Below, in pieces: positions 63,882 through 64,000 of a stretch of 64,000 nucleotides of DNA. The translations under genes and the position numbers were made by a program. The notes below the pieces were generated by a model, which was given only the letters and a program-made list of their open reading frames with translations, did no database searches and was not told where the DNA came from. The stretch is taken from the NCBI GenBank assembly GCA_030141605.1, contig JAQGDQ010000701.1, forward strand, positions 46,100-110,099, given 5' to 3'. Position 1 is the stretch's first letter, and each line of letters begins with the position of its first letter. This DNA comes from Tubiluchus corallicola. Its lineage: Eukaryota > Animalia > Priapulida.

Positions 63882-64000
63882 ACGCCGCTAGGATGAGAAA
63901 GGCACTGAAATGAACGTGCAAAGAAAAGAATTAGAAGTGTAGATTTCTGTTATTGTGCAGAGCGTAGGTTTGAGGCGGCAGAACTTTAGGACATTAAAAT

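Overview
AT-rich animal (invertebrate-type) nuclear DNA with spliceosomal introns, so most entries in the ORF track are spurious. Reading splice sites by hand gives five genes: a GON7-like KEOPS subunit (+, 2 coding exons), a DUSP23-like phosphatase (+, 2 exons) only 556 bp downstream of it, an SMAP1/2-type ArfGAP (-, 12 exons, about 490 aa, with one U12-type intron), geminin (+, 6 exons, head-to-head with SMAP) and the 3' part of an SLC44/CTL choline transporter-like gene (-, 11 exons visible, continuing past the right edge). A probable promoter and non-coding first exon of a sixth gene (-) lie near 5.9 kb. Introns are dense with non-autonomous transposons (pogo/Tigger-like, hAT, Kolobok-like, piggyBac, Helitron, tRNA-derived elements, LINE tails) and minisatellites. 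The main leads are the operon-like or nested GON7-DUSP23 arrangement, the altered DUSP23 catalytic motifs, the SMAP splicing features, a 24-bp-periodic motif array in the SMAP 3' UTR, and a minisatellite made from a transposon end plus its target site. All identifications come from motif recognition; no database searches were run.
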